DNA of 64,000 nucleotides. Source: Candidatus Bipolaricaulota bacterium. GTDB taxonomy: Bacteria > Bipolaricaulota > Bipolaricaulia > UBA7950 > UBA9294. Positions 19,573 through 28,273 of the stretch are shown one piece after another; position 1 is the stretch's first letter; each line of letters begins with the position of its first letter. The translations under genes were made by a program, and so were the position numbers. Location of the stretch: positions 6,619-70,618 of the forward strand of contig JALTFO010000024.1 in assembly GCA_027007005.1 (NCBI GenBank). Reading direction: 5' to 3'. The notes beneath the pieces are model-generated. The model had not been told where the DNA came from, did not search any database, and saw nothing but the letters and a program-made list of their open reading frames with translations.

Positions 19573-20913
19573 CTACCGTTTTGCTGCTGGCATTGTGCTG
19601 TTATAAGTTGTTGAACTAGTCAGCTGAACGACCGCGCCGACTGGATCAGTATCAGTGGCGACGAACAGGACCTTGTACAGATTCACGACGCCACCGTGGT
19701 CTCTGGCAAAGACGAGCCCTGATCCGTCTTCCAACCAGTACGGGGAGAACTCAGCATCAGTTGTAGTGATGCCGCTGTTTGTCACGTTGTACTCCGCATC
19801 GACGTAGTCCCCCAACGTCTTGACGTTGCTACCGTCTGCGTCCATCACGTAGATGTTGATCGTCCCAGCGTCCTTATCTGTGGAGAAGGCAATCTTCAAT
19901 CCGTCCGGCGACCATGCGGGCCTCGATATCCCGGCTCCAGCGGGGAGGTTGAGCGCGGTGCTAACAGTAACTCCCGAAGAAGCGTCACCGTAGTGATCTG
20001 CTGTTCCTGTTGTCGGGTATAGCGGAGCGTCTGTTCCGCCATGGCGCTTCCAAATTGTCGTGCCGCCTGCACTATTGGTCCTGACAAACAAGAGATCATC
20101 AGACACGGGCGAGTATGCTGGCGCCCAGGATGGAGTCTGTGTGATCAGCGCTGTGCCAATGCCTGGCACCGTCGGGTCCATTTTGTAGATCCTCCAGGTC
20201 GCAGCGGACGGTGTCTGAGTGGTATCCGCATTCGACGCGTAGGCAATCCACGAGCCATCACTTGACCAACTGGGCTGGATCTGGTTCGATGCAGTCTGAG
20301 TAGTGAGTTGGGTTTTGCTTAGTCCAGTCACTGCTACTTTCCAGATATTCCAGACACCACCGTGCCCTGCGGCATAGGCGATTTTGTCGCGTGTTCCTTT
20401 GACTAGATCTGGGAACAACTCATCGTCTCCCGTATTTACCACGGCAGCCGCTCCGCTCCCGTCGGCCACCATCCTCCAGATGTCGTAGTTGCCAGCGTTG
20501 TCGGTGGCATAGGTGACCATCGCCGGGCCGATCGTGACTGTTCCAGTAGTCATCCCGGTCCTGCCGTCACCGTTGATGACGGTGAGGGTTACAGTGAACG
20601 TCCCCGCTTTCATATACGGGTGTGACAGATTATCATCGACGTTGGTACCGGTGGCATGATTAGATCCATCGCCGTAGTCGAGATCGTAGCTAACGATGAC
20701 TCCATCCGGAGCGTTTGACTGACTCATGTCGAAGTTGACCGTTACCGGTGGTTCATTGTCGTTAGCCGGTTTGTTGATTGTAAGCAGTGCGATCGGCGCC
20801 TGTCCGAAGAATCCCCGGCAGGCAGCGAGCCCCACCATGAGGCCGATCAGCAACAGTGCTGTAATGAGGATCTTCCTTTTTCCTCGCCCAGCCGTCTTTC
20901 CCGTTGCAGGCAT
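19573..20913 (-). CDS. Lipoprotein with one PKD domain and TolB-like (PD40) beta-propeller repeats
   Basis: The ATG at 20913 is preceded by AAGGAGGT. It has a signal peptide with the lipobox LAAC, a PKD signature (YDLDYGDGS...GTFTVTLTV), and repeated 'P.WSPDG..IAF' propeller blades. Confidence 0.8.
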   Translation of the reverse strand: MPATGKTAGRGKRKILITALLLIGLMVGLAACRGFFGQAPIALLTINKPANDNEPPVTVNFDMSQSNAPDGVIVSYDLDYGDGSNHATGTNVDDNLSHPYMKAGTFTVTLTVINGDGRTGMTTGTVTIGPAMVTYATDNAGNYDIWRMVADGSGAAAVVNTGDDELFPDLVKGTRDKIAYAAGHGGVWNIWKVAVTGLSKTQLTTQTASNQIQPSWSSDGSWIAYASNADTTQTPSAATWRIYKMDPTVPGIGTALITQTPSWAPAYSPVSDDLLFVRTNSAGGTTIWKRHGGTDAPLYPTTGTADHYGDASSGVTVSTALNLPAGAGISRPAWSPDGLKIAFSTDKDAGTINIYVMDADGSNVKTLGDYVDAEYNVTNSGITTTDAEFSPYWLEDGSGLVFARDHGGVVNLYKVLFVATDTDPVGAVVQLTSSTTYNSTMPAAKR

Positions 20914-21113
20914 TTTTAAAACCTCCTTATCAGCAAGCGCTTCTCTTCTATAGAGTGCTGTCTTGATCATCAGTTTACAGCCTACACACCATTTTATACG
21001 ACGGACTCCGGCCAATGGCAAGGGGCAGGTTCGTCCGGGGAGAAGGTGACCGATGTCGAGGACGAAACATTTCATGGATGATGGGTGTATAGTAGAGCGG
21101 AGGAGGGCGAAGC

Positions 21114-21674
21114 GTGTATCACGTTCAGGATGAGGTGAGTCTATTGAGAGCATCACTTGCGGGAGAGACCGGTGCGTGGGGCGAGATCGTCGTGCGCTAC
21201 AAGGAGGCCGTTTTCGGTCTCTGCCTCGGTTTCCTGCGTAACCGCGCCGACGCCGAGGACCTCACTCATGATGCATTCATCCGCGCATACACGAACCTGC
21301 ATCGCTACAAGTTGGAGAAGAAGTTCTCAACTTGGCTGTTCACGGTTGCGTCTAACCTGTGCCGAAATAGGCTTCGCTACAGGCGCTACCACCCAGTGAT
21401 CGCGCCTCCAGATTACGTCAACGGCGGAAACGATCCAGCACACATCGTGGCATCCGAGGATAGATCAAACGCAGTGCGGCGAGCAATCGATCGGCTGCCA
21501 ATAGCGTACCGTTCTCCGCTCGTGTTGCGCTACTACAATGAGCTTTCATACAAGGAGATCGCGGAGGTGCTCTCCCTACCGGAGGGAACAATCAAGACGA
21601 GGATTCATCGCGGAAAGTTGCTTCTAAAACAGGACATGGAAAAAGACGGGGTGGTCTATTATGAGAGTGGATAA
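21114..21674 (+). CDS. ECF-type RNA polymerase sigma factor
   Basis: Region 2 (DAEDLTHDAFIRAY, FSTWLFTVASNLCRNRLR) and the region 4 HTH (SYKEIAEVLSLPEGTIKTRIHRGK) are both present. Confidence 0.85.
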   Translation: MYHVQDEVSLLRASLAGETGAWGEIVVRYKEAVFGLCLGFLRNRADAEDLTHDAFIRAYTNLHRYKLEKKFSTWLFTVASNLCRNRLRYRRYHPVIAPPDYVNGGNDPAHIVASEDRSNAVRRAIDRLPIAYRSPLVLRYYNELSYKEIAEVLSLPEGTIKTRIHRGKLLLKQDMEKDGVVYYESG

Positions 21675-22242
21675 CCTAGATCAAGAGCTCTCAGAGACGC
21701 TGCATGAGGAAGTGAGGGAAGAGGCGTACCGCATCGATCGACTGGAAGAGCGAGTCGTTTCGGAGATAGAGGGACGCACTCCGAGAAAGGGCATACTTGA
21801 TCTTTTCCGAAGGATGCTTGCCCCATCGCGCGGCGCACGTATTGGACAACTGGCGACGGTTGGGCTGACAGCGATTGTCTTCCTGACGCTGGGCATGTTC
21901 CTTGCTGGAAAGGTCACCTCTTCCCATCAAACAGTGCTTACACCGGTGATGGCAAGTGGGACCAACGGACAGAACGAGGTGTTATTCGTGATGCCTGCTC
22001 CTGGCGCGCACAGTGTCAGTGTTGTCGGAAACTTCAACGGCTGGGAGGCGACCCCCCTTACCGATAAGAATGGTGATGGAATATGGACAGCGAGCATCCC
22101 TCTCCCCGATGGACGCTACGAATATGCGTTCGTAGTCGATGGTCATTGGTGGGGCCAGGATCCACTTGCTGATGGATATGTCCATAGCTTCGGAGAATAC
22201 AACTCCGTACGCTACGTGGGACAGGTAGGAGGAGGGGCATGA
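21661..22242 (+). CDS. Putative anti-sigma factor: single-pass membrane protein with a C-terminal CBM48/AMPK-beta-GBD-like domain
   Basis: It overlaps the sigma gene by 14 nt and has one TM helix (LATVGLTAIVFLTLGMFLAG). The C-terminus reads VSVVGNFNGWE...DGIW...DGRYEYAFVVDGHW, like glycogen-binding E-set modules. No zinc-finger anti-sigma motif was seen. Confidence 0.6.
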   Translation: MRVDNLDQELSETLHEEVREEAYRIDRLEERVVSEIEGRTPRKGILDLFRRMLAPSRGARIGQLATVGLTAIVFLTLGMFLAGKVTSSHQTVLTPVMASGTNGQNEVLFVMPAPGAHSVSVVGNFNGWEATPLTDKNGDGIWTASIPLPDGRYEYAFVVDGHWWGQDPLADGYVHSFGEYNSVRYVGQVGGGA

Positions 22243-22961
22243 GACGCTTGCTGATAGTTTTCTGCTTTGGTTTGTTGCTCGTCACAAGTTCCATTCTTGC
22301 AAATGCGAACCCGACAGAAAACGATGTTCATCAGGCACTCGTTGCTCTAACACCAGCACACGCCGATAAGATCATGAAAGCGTTCTCGCTGGGGATATCG
22401 CAGGGAAGGTTGGAAGTGGCAGGGGCACTTCACTTGATTAATAGATTGATCAACTACGATGGAGAACAGGGGAATAAGGAAGGAATTCTTCTTGTAATCG
22501 CCCATGCACTGCAGGACGATCTGCCAGCAGAGATGCTCGTGGAGAAGGCAGAAGAAGGGATGGCTCGTAGTATTCCGCTGGGGTTGATTCTAAGCGGAGA
22601 AAAAGGGCAACCGCCGATACTTGGACTATCGCAGCGTGAGTACTTGCTTAGTGCAACGCGTGATACTCTTTACTCAAAAGGAATCTTCAGCGCCCCTGCT
22701 GGAGCAAAGGCTGTCTCACAGTCGCTTCCGCTCCCTCGCTTCGATACACTAGTAAGCGAAATTGCCGACTCACTGTCAGACTATGTGGAGTCAGGAGGAA
22801 GCCCGCTTGAGGGGCATCTTCTCTATCAACAGGTGAGCAACCGACTTACCGATCTTGCCAGTCTGAAAGTACCAATCATACCGCCCGAAGATGCACAGCT
22901 TGTTCTGGAACGGGTATCTCCAGCGGATTTGACGACCGTTGTGCTTAAGATTTTCCAATAA
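22239..22961 (+). CDS. Secreted hypothetical protein (helical)
   Basis: It has a signal peptide (LLIVFCFGLLLVTSSILANA) and a 4-nt overlap with the upstream gene. I recognise no family. Confidence 0.6.
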   Translation: MRRLLIVFCFGLLLVTSSILANANPTENDVHQALVALTPAHADKIMKAFSLGISQGRLEVAGALHLINRLINYDGEQGNKEGILLVIAHALQDDLPAEMLVEKAEEGMARSIPLGLILSGEKGQPPILGLSQREYLLSATRDTLYSKGIFSAPAGAKAVSQSLPLPRFDTLVSEIADSLSDYVESGGSPLEGHLLYQQVSNRLTDLASLKVPIIPPEDAQLVLERVSPADLTTVVLKIFQ

Positions 22962-22972
22962 AAGGAGGAAGT

Positions 22973-25609
22973 ATGACTAAACGAACAGCAATCGTCCTTG
23001 CCCTCGTAGCGCTTATGGCGCTTGTTGGCATTACATCTGTGGCCCAGGTGGCCCCAAAGGGGATCCTCATCAAACCACCGGATGTTGCCAGCCTGAGCGC
23101 ACAGGTATGGGTTGACAAGGGCGCGTACTCTATTGGGGAGAAGATCCAGGTTCATTTCAAGGTGAATCAGGACGCCTACGTGTATATCTACGATATCGAC
23201 GCGGGTGGCAAAGTGACCTTGCTCTTCCCGAACTACTACTCACAGAACAACCGCGTGAGCGCCGGTGAGCACATCCTTCCGGACTCGTCGTCGTACAACT
23301 TGACCGTCGTCCAACCGACGGGAACGGAGTACCTGCAGTTGATTGCAAGTGCTGTTCCACTAAACGTCGCACCGCAGTTTCAGATAACAATTCCGTTCCC
23401 GTTGATGGGAAGCGATCCTAACGCGTTCAAACTCCAATTACAGGGACAGCTCATGGGCGTCGTCCCCGACCCGCAGTGGGGGGAGGATTGGACCAGTTTC
23501 GAAGTTGTCTCCGGATACGCGCCGTCTTACGGAACACTTGTTATCAATTCTCTGCCAAGCGGCGCTTGGATCACGATCGATGGCACCTTTGTTGGGTACA
23601 CCTCGCGCAGTACGTATGTCGCGCAAGGGTATCATCAGATCGTGGTGGGAAAGACCGGCTACGCAAGCTACAACCATGGGATATTCGTTATTGGAAATCA
23701 CACACGCACGTTAAACGTTACGCTTACTCCAAACGCACCTGTGAACCAAGCGCCAACGGCGGCGTTTAACTTTACACCGACCAATCCAGTGGTTGGAGGA
23801 TGGGTCCAGTTCAACGCCTCCGCATCAAGTGACAGCGATGGAACCATCTCATCGTACGCTTGGAACTTCGGTGATGGGACGACATCAACGGGAATGACCC
23901 GCTACCATCAGTTTGCGGCCCCAGGGACGTACAACGTCGTCCTCACGGTAACCGACAACGATGGAGCGACCGACACGGAGTCACACGTCATTCAGGTTGG
24001 CCCTACTAACCAGCCACCAATAGCGGCGTTCAACTTTTCGCCGACCAATCCAGTGGTTGGAGGATGGGTCCAGTTCAACGCCTCCGCATCAAGTGACAGC
24101 GATGGAACCATCTCATCGTACGCTTGGAACTTTGGTGATGGGACGACATCAACAGGAATGACGCGCTACCATCAGTTTGCGGCCCCCGGGACGTACAACG
24201 TCGTCCTGACGGTGACCGACAACGATGGAGCGACCAATACAATGACACACGTCATTCAGGTTGGCCCTACTAACCAGCCACCAATAGCGGCGTTCAACTT
24301 TTCGCCGACTAATCCAGTGGTTGGAGGATGGGTTCAGTTCAACGCCTCCGCATCAAATGACAGCGATGGAACGATCTCATCGTACGCTTGGAACTTTGGT
24401 GATGGAACGACATCAACTGGTGTTACCCGTTACCATCAGTTTATGTCTCCCGGGACGTACAACGTCGTCCTCACGGTAACCGACAACGATGGAGCGACCG
24501 ACACGGAGTCACACGTCATTCAGGTTGGCCCTACTAATCAGCCACCAATAGCGGCGTTCAACTTTACGCCGTCCTCTCCGGGTGTTTCTGAGTGGGTGCG
24601 CTTCGATGGAACGGGGTCTGTTGACGCAGATGGATCCATATCATCGTATGCTTGGAACTTTGGTGATGGGAGCTCAACAGGGAGCGGAAGTGTGGTCTAC
24701 CACAAGTTCGCTGCTCCTGGAACGTACAATGTTGTCCTTACGGTGGTAGATAATGACGGAGCAAGCGATACGCAGACGCATCCGCTGCAGGTTGGCCCAA
24801 CGAATCAACCGCCGGTCGCCGCGTTCAACTACTCTCCGCTCTCTCCGGGAGTTGGTGAGAGCATAATTCTCGATGCTAACCCCTCATACGACCCGGACGG
24901 CACGATCGTCTCGTACGCATGGGATCTGGACAACAACGGAACGACGGACGCCACCAATAAGGCTGTCTCCGTGACCTACTACGACGTTGGTCCGCACCTT
25001 GTGCGCCTTACTGTGGTTGACAACAACGGGCTCTCCGCTTCGACGACGCAGGTGATCAATGTGGCTACCGGAGGAACACCGGGACAGCCCGCGATGGGTA
25101 ACACTCCAGGGATCTTCGTGTGGGGGACGGATACGTGGCATATCACGGTGAACGCCGGTGCCGGCTGGACCAGTCCGCACAACTACCGTTTGGAGCTTAG
25201 AACCGATGGCTCATTCCAAGGAGTGAACCAATCGACGAGTGGAGGAGTTGTCCCTCTTGGGGTTATTCCTACACCGACAGAAAGCGGGAGAACGCTCGTC
25301 TTTAACGGGAGCATACAGGCGGGGAGCGCGGACTACACGTTCACTGTTTCAGGTTCCAAGAGCGTGTGGATGAGCCTGAAGCTGGACATGAACGGTGATG
25401 GGACGCTCGATGAATCGGAGAGCTTTGTGTATCTGCGGGCGATGATGGTGCATCCGCTGGTGGCTCCGTTTGTGGTGGGGCTACCGAGTGGGAGCAGTGG
25501 GCCGCTTGTACCGAGCATGAACTTCCGAGTCGGGCGTGCACTAACCTACTCAACGACCGTACGATTCATCATGTGGGTGACCGATATCAACACGCTAGAA
25601 GGACACTGA
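22973..25609 (+). CDS. Large secreted protein: DUF4384-like domain, PEGA-like domain, five PKD domains and an unassigned C-terminal domain
   Basis: It has a signal peptide and a DUF4384-like segment (AYVYIYDIDAGGKVTLLFPN). A PEGA-like segment follows (LVINSLPSGAWITIDG..VG.T). Five PKD units are present (WNFGDG...GTYNVVLTVTDNDGA). A GGAGG ribosome-binding site lies upstream. Confidence 0.85.
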   Translation: MTKRTAIVLALVALMALVGITSVAQVAPKGILIKPPDVASLSAQVWVDKGAYSIGEKIQVHFKVNQDAYVYIYDIDAGGKVTLLFPNYYSQNNRVSAGEHILPDSSSYNLTVVQPTGTEYLQLIASAVPLNVAPQFQITIPFPLMGSDPNAFKLQLQGQLMGVVPDPQWGEDWTSFEVVSGYAPSYGTLVINSLPSGAWITIDGTFVGYTSRSTYVAQGYHQIVVGKTGYASYNHGIFVIGNHTRTLNVTLTPNAPVNQAPTAAFNFTPTNPVVGGWVQFNASASSDSDGTISSYAWNFGDGTTSTGMTRYHQFAAPGTYNVVLTVTDNDGATDTESHVIQVGPTNQPPIAAFNFSPTNPVVGGWVQFNASASSDSDGTISSYAWNFGDGTTSTGMTRYHQFAAPGTYNVVLTVTDNDGATNTMTHVIQVGPTNQPPIAAFNFSPTNPVVGGWVQFNASASNDSDGTISSYAWNFGDGTTSTGVTRYHQFMSPGTYNVVLTVTDNDGATDTESHVIQVGPTNQPPIAAFNFTPSSPGVSEWVRFDGTGSVDADGSISSYAWNFGDGSSTGSGSVVYHKFAAPGTYNVVLTVVDNDGASDTQTHPLQVGPTNQPPVAAFNYSPLSPGVGESIILDANPSYDPDGTIVSYAWDLDNNGTTDATNKAVSVTYYDVGPHLVRLTVVDNNGLSASTTQVINVATGGTPGQPAMGNTPGIFVWGTDTWHITVNAGAGWTSPHNYRLELRTDGSFQGVNQSTSGGVVPLGVIPTPTESGRTLVFNGSIQAGSADYTFTVSGSKSVWMSLKLDMNGDGTLDESESFVYLRAMMVHPLVAPFVVGLPSGSSGPLVPSMNFRVGRALTYSTTVRFIMWVTDINTLEGH
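23744..25069 (+). repeat. Tandem in-frame repeats of about 264 nt encoding PKD domains (5 units, the first 3 near-identical at the DNA level)
   Basis: Units start at 23744, 24008, 24272, 24536 and 24803. Units 1-3 differ at only a handful of positions, while units 4 and 5 are diverged. Confidence 0.85.
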
Positions 25610-25623
25610 GCGATAATCAATCA

Positions 25624-25657
25624 CGGGGCCGCCTCGCGCGGCCCCGTTTCTTTTCTT
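25624..25657 (+). terminator. Rho-independent terminator after the PKD protein gene
   Basis: A 9-bp GC stem (CGGGGCCGC / GCGGCCCCG) with a 5-nt loop is followed by TTTCTTTTCTT. Confidence 0.7.
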
Positions 25658-25708
25658 GCACTCTTGTAGTTGTTGATCTTGTGCAAATGATGGTATGATT
25701 ACAGTGCA

Positions 25709-27061
25709 ATGAAGCCCATCCTTGCTGCAATCAACTGGCAACTTGAGCACTCGGAGATCAGCCCCGCCGACTTCTTCGAAGGGCCATCTTTTTCTGCACT
25801 CGATGTTCTGTTTGTCGATCCAAGGCCCATAAGCGATCGCTGGACCTACGATCTTCCAGTGGAAAAGGATGGTGCTCGCCGGACGTACACGGATTCTGAC
25901 CGCGGATTTGGCCGCGTTATTACGAAGATCTTTCACCGGCGTCGGGATGAGGCGTCCGATCTCTTGCAAAAGGCGGGAGGGCTGATCGTCTGTCGCCTCC
26001 ACCCGCGTGGAGAGAGACTGGAGATTGTCAGCAAAGAGGGCGTCGAAGAGCACATCGATCGCTACAGTTGGCTTCCAAGTGTATCGCTTGTCGATAAACA
26101 GCATCAGTTGAACTTCCCTTCCAACGCTCGTTTTATCCCTCGTCGCGGAAGCGACATCGTCTTCGAGGATACGGGTACCCCATTTGAGGACTATTTGCGT
26201 CAGTTTGCGGGAAGGATCACCTACAGCGCGGTCTACCAGGACATCCTCTCCACTCCAATTGGGCGTTTCGCGACAGTTCTTGCCCGTAACCGTGTGGGGG
26301 ACGTAATTGCTGCACAGATTCCATACAACGAGGGCCTCCTCGTTCTTCTCCCATCGGTTGAAAGAGTATCTCCGGCGGAAGAGGCGTTGGCTCTGATTCG
26401 TGCCGCGACGCGGGCAACGCTGCGGCCGGGGTTCTTCTCTCAGCCAGATTGGCTTCCGTCTTACCCGCTTCCAAGCGAGGATTCCCTGCGCGATGAACTA
26501 GCTGGTCTCATCAGTAGGAGGGATAAGCTCTCAGAGAAGATTGAAGAGATAACCGAGAAGTTGAGGGTGGCTACGCGCTACAAGCGCATGCTGTACACGC
26601 ACGGAAGATTCAGCGTCGTCCCGGCGGTTACAGATTCGTTGCGCGTGCTTGGTTTTGAGGTGGAAGAATCAGGTAGAGATTTCATAGTACGGTGCGACGA
26701 GGGCGACGCCGTCGTCTCGGTCGCCGCGACGGACAGCGCTGCTGTTGGCCTCCCCGCTTATCGACACCTTCTCGATCACGTCGATCGAGCGCGAACGAGC
26801 GGTGAGGGACCAGAAAAAGGGATCCTCGTGGTGAGCGCCTCCTGCTCGATCGATCCCAAACGCCGACCAACTGAGTTCACACCGCAGGTCCTACGTGGGT
26901 GTAAATCACAGGGGTTCTGCCTTATCACTACATATGCACTGTACAAGATCGTTCAACGTGTCCTTGCACCTGATAAGAAACGCGGGGCCAGCGCGAAGGA
27001 TCTCTCAGGAATACGCAGGGCCATCATCGAGTGTGACGGAGAGTTTCGCGGGGTATCGTAG
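25709..27061 (+). CDS. Hypothetical 450-aa protein with a central coiled coil and a degenerate restriction-endonuclease-like C-terminal domain
   Basis: This is a long ORF whose stop lies 2 nt before the mraY GTG. I recognise no catalytic motif. See the findings for detail. Confidence 0.7.
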   Translation: MKPILAAINWQLEHSEISPADFFEGPSFSALDVLFVDPRPISDRWTYDLPVEKDGARRTYTDSDRGFGRVITKIFHRRRDEASDLLQKAGGLIVCRLHPRGERLEIVSKEGVEEHIDRYSWLPSVSLVDKQHQLNFPSNARFIPRRGSDIVFEDTGTPFEDYLRQFAGRITYSAVYQDILSTPIGRFATVLARNRVGDVIAAQIPYNEGLLVLLPSVERVSPAEEALALIRAATRATLRPGFFSQPDWLPSYPLPSEDSLRDELAGLISRRDKLSEKIEEITEKLRVATRYKRMLYTHGRFSVVPAVTDSLRVLGFEVEESGRDFIVRCDEGDAVVSVAATDSAAVGLPAYRHLLDHVDRARTSGEGPEKGILVVSASCSIDPKRRPTEFTPQVLRGCKSQGFCLITTYALYKIVQRVLAPDKKRGASAKDLSGIRRAIIECDGEFRGVS

Positions 27062-27063
27062 GC

Positions 27064-28047
27064 GTGCCTCGTATTGTTGGTATCTCACTACTGTTCACAG
27101 TTTTAGCTGCGATTACTGCCACACTGTTCGCCTGGTTCATGCGCAAAGAGGAGCTCGGCCAGCGCATCCGCGACTACGGTCCGCAATTGCACGAAAAGAA
27201 AAGTGGAACCCCGACAATGGGGGGAATGGTCATCATAGTTCTATGGGGGATCGCTATTGGAATCTTCCATAATGATATCTCTCGAGACACACTGTTCATA
27301 TTTTCAAGTGCGTTGCTCTTCGGCGGTATCGGTCTACTCGATGATCTCCTCTCGCAGATTCACAAGCGATCACTTGGCCTGTTGGCACGTCAGAAGATTC
27401 TCCTTTCTCTGTTTGTTACGCTGATTCTGTTCTTTTCCTTCCCCTCCCTATCACGCATCGCAATCTTGATTCCATTCTCGCTTGCAACATTCATCCTGCC
27501 ACGAGCAGCCTTCTTCTTCCTTCTGTGTGGGGTGTTCTTATCGACGACAAACAGTATGAACCTGACGGATGGGCTCGACGGATTGGCAACCGGTACGTCG
27601 ATCATCGTTCTTGTCGCGTATGTGATGCTCTTCCACGACCATGTAACGCTCGCAACTATCCTCCCGTTGATCGGGATTCTGATTGGATTTCTGTGGGTCA
27701 ATACTTACCCCGCTCGCCTCTTCTTGGGGGATGTCGGCTCGTTTGCCCTTGGGGCGGTGATCGGGGCGCTCGCGCTCACCACGGGTACCTCACTCTCCCT
27801 CCCACTCCTTGCTGGGTTGCTCGTCGCGGAATCGGCATCTGTGATCGTTCAGGTAACCTACTTCAGGCTTACTGGGAGGAGGATCTTCAAGATAAGCCCA
27901 TTTCACCACCACTTTGAGGCTGCGGAGGGGATCGGTTACAAGTATCTTTTACCTAATATAGAGTGGGCCGAACCAAAGATTGTAACACGATTATGGATAG
28001 CACAAGTGATACTCGCTGGGATCGGTATTCTCTCGATCTATCGCTGA
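27064..28047 (+). CDS. mraY: Phospho-N-acetylmuramoyl-pentapeptide transferase
   Basis: MraY hallmarks are present: GPQLHEKKSGTPTMGG, NSMNLTDGLDGLA, GDVGSFALG, PFHHHFE...RLWI. The start codon is GTG. Confidence 0.9.
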   Translation: MPRIVGISLLFTVLAAITATLFAWFMRKEELGQRIRDYGPQLHEKKSGTPTMGGMVIIVLWGIAIGIFHNDISRDTLFIFSSALLFGGIGLLDDLLSQIHKRSLGLLARQKILLSLFVTLILFFSFPSLSRIAILIPFSLATFILPRAAFFFLLCGVFLSTTNSMNLTDGLDGLATGTSIIVLVAYVMLFHDHVTLATILPLIGILIGFLWVNTYPARLFLGDVGSFALGAVIGALALTTGTSLSLPLLAGLLVAESASVIVQVTYFRLTGRRIFKISPFHHHFEAAEGIGYKYLLPNIEWAEPKIVTRLWIAQVILAGIGILSIYR

Positions 28048-28105
28048 TTGGAGTAATGACTCTTGCAACATGAAATAAGCCCAAAGGTGACACCGAAACA
28101 TGCTT

Positions 28106-28191
<86 letters not shown>

Positions 28192-28273
28192 GTCTCTCTC
28201 CATCAAGCAAGTTTAAGGAGAGGCTTTCACCCTGTCAAGGAAGAACCTTTTCCGCGCCGAGTGATAGAGTCTT

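Noticed and set aside
20914-21113. An ECF-type promoter motif in the divergent region upstream of the sigma factor gene
   Set aside because: Only a weak GAAAC at a suitable distance from GTGTAT was seen, without a CGT-type -10. That is too degenerate to call.
25595-26104. A 169-aa minus-strand ORF overlapping the 5' part of the 450-aa gene
   Set aside because: It is antisense to a much longer ORF, runs through the upstream terminator hairpin, and has no RBS or recognisable motif. I treated it as a shadow ORF.
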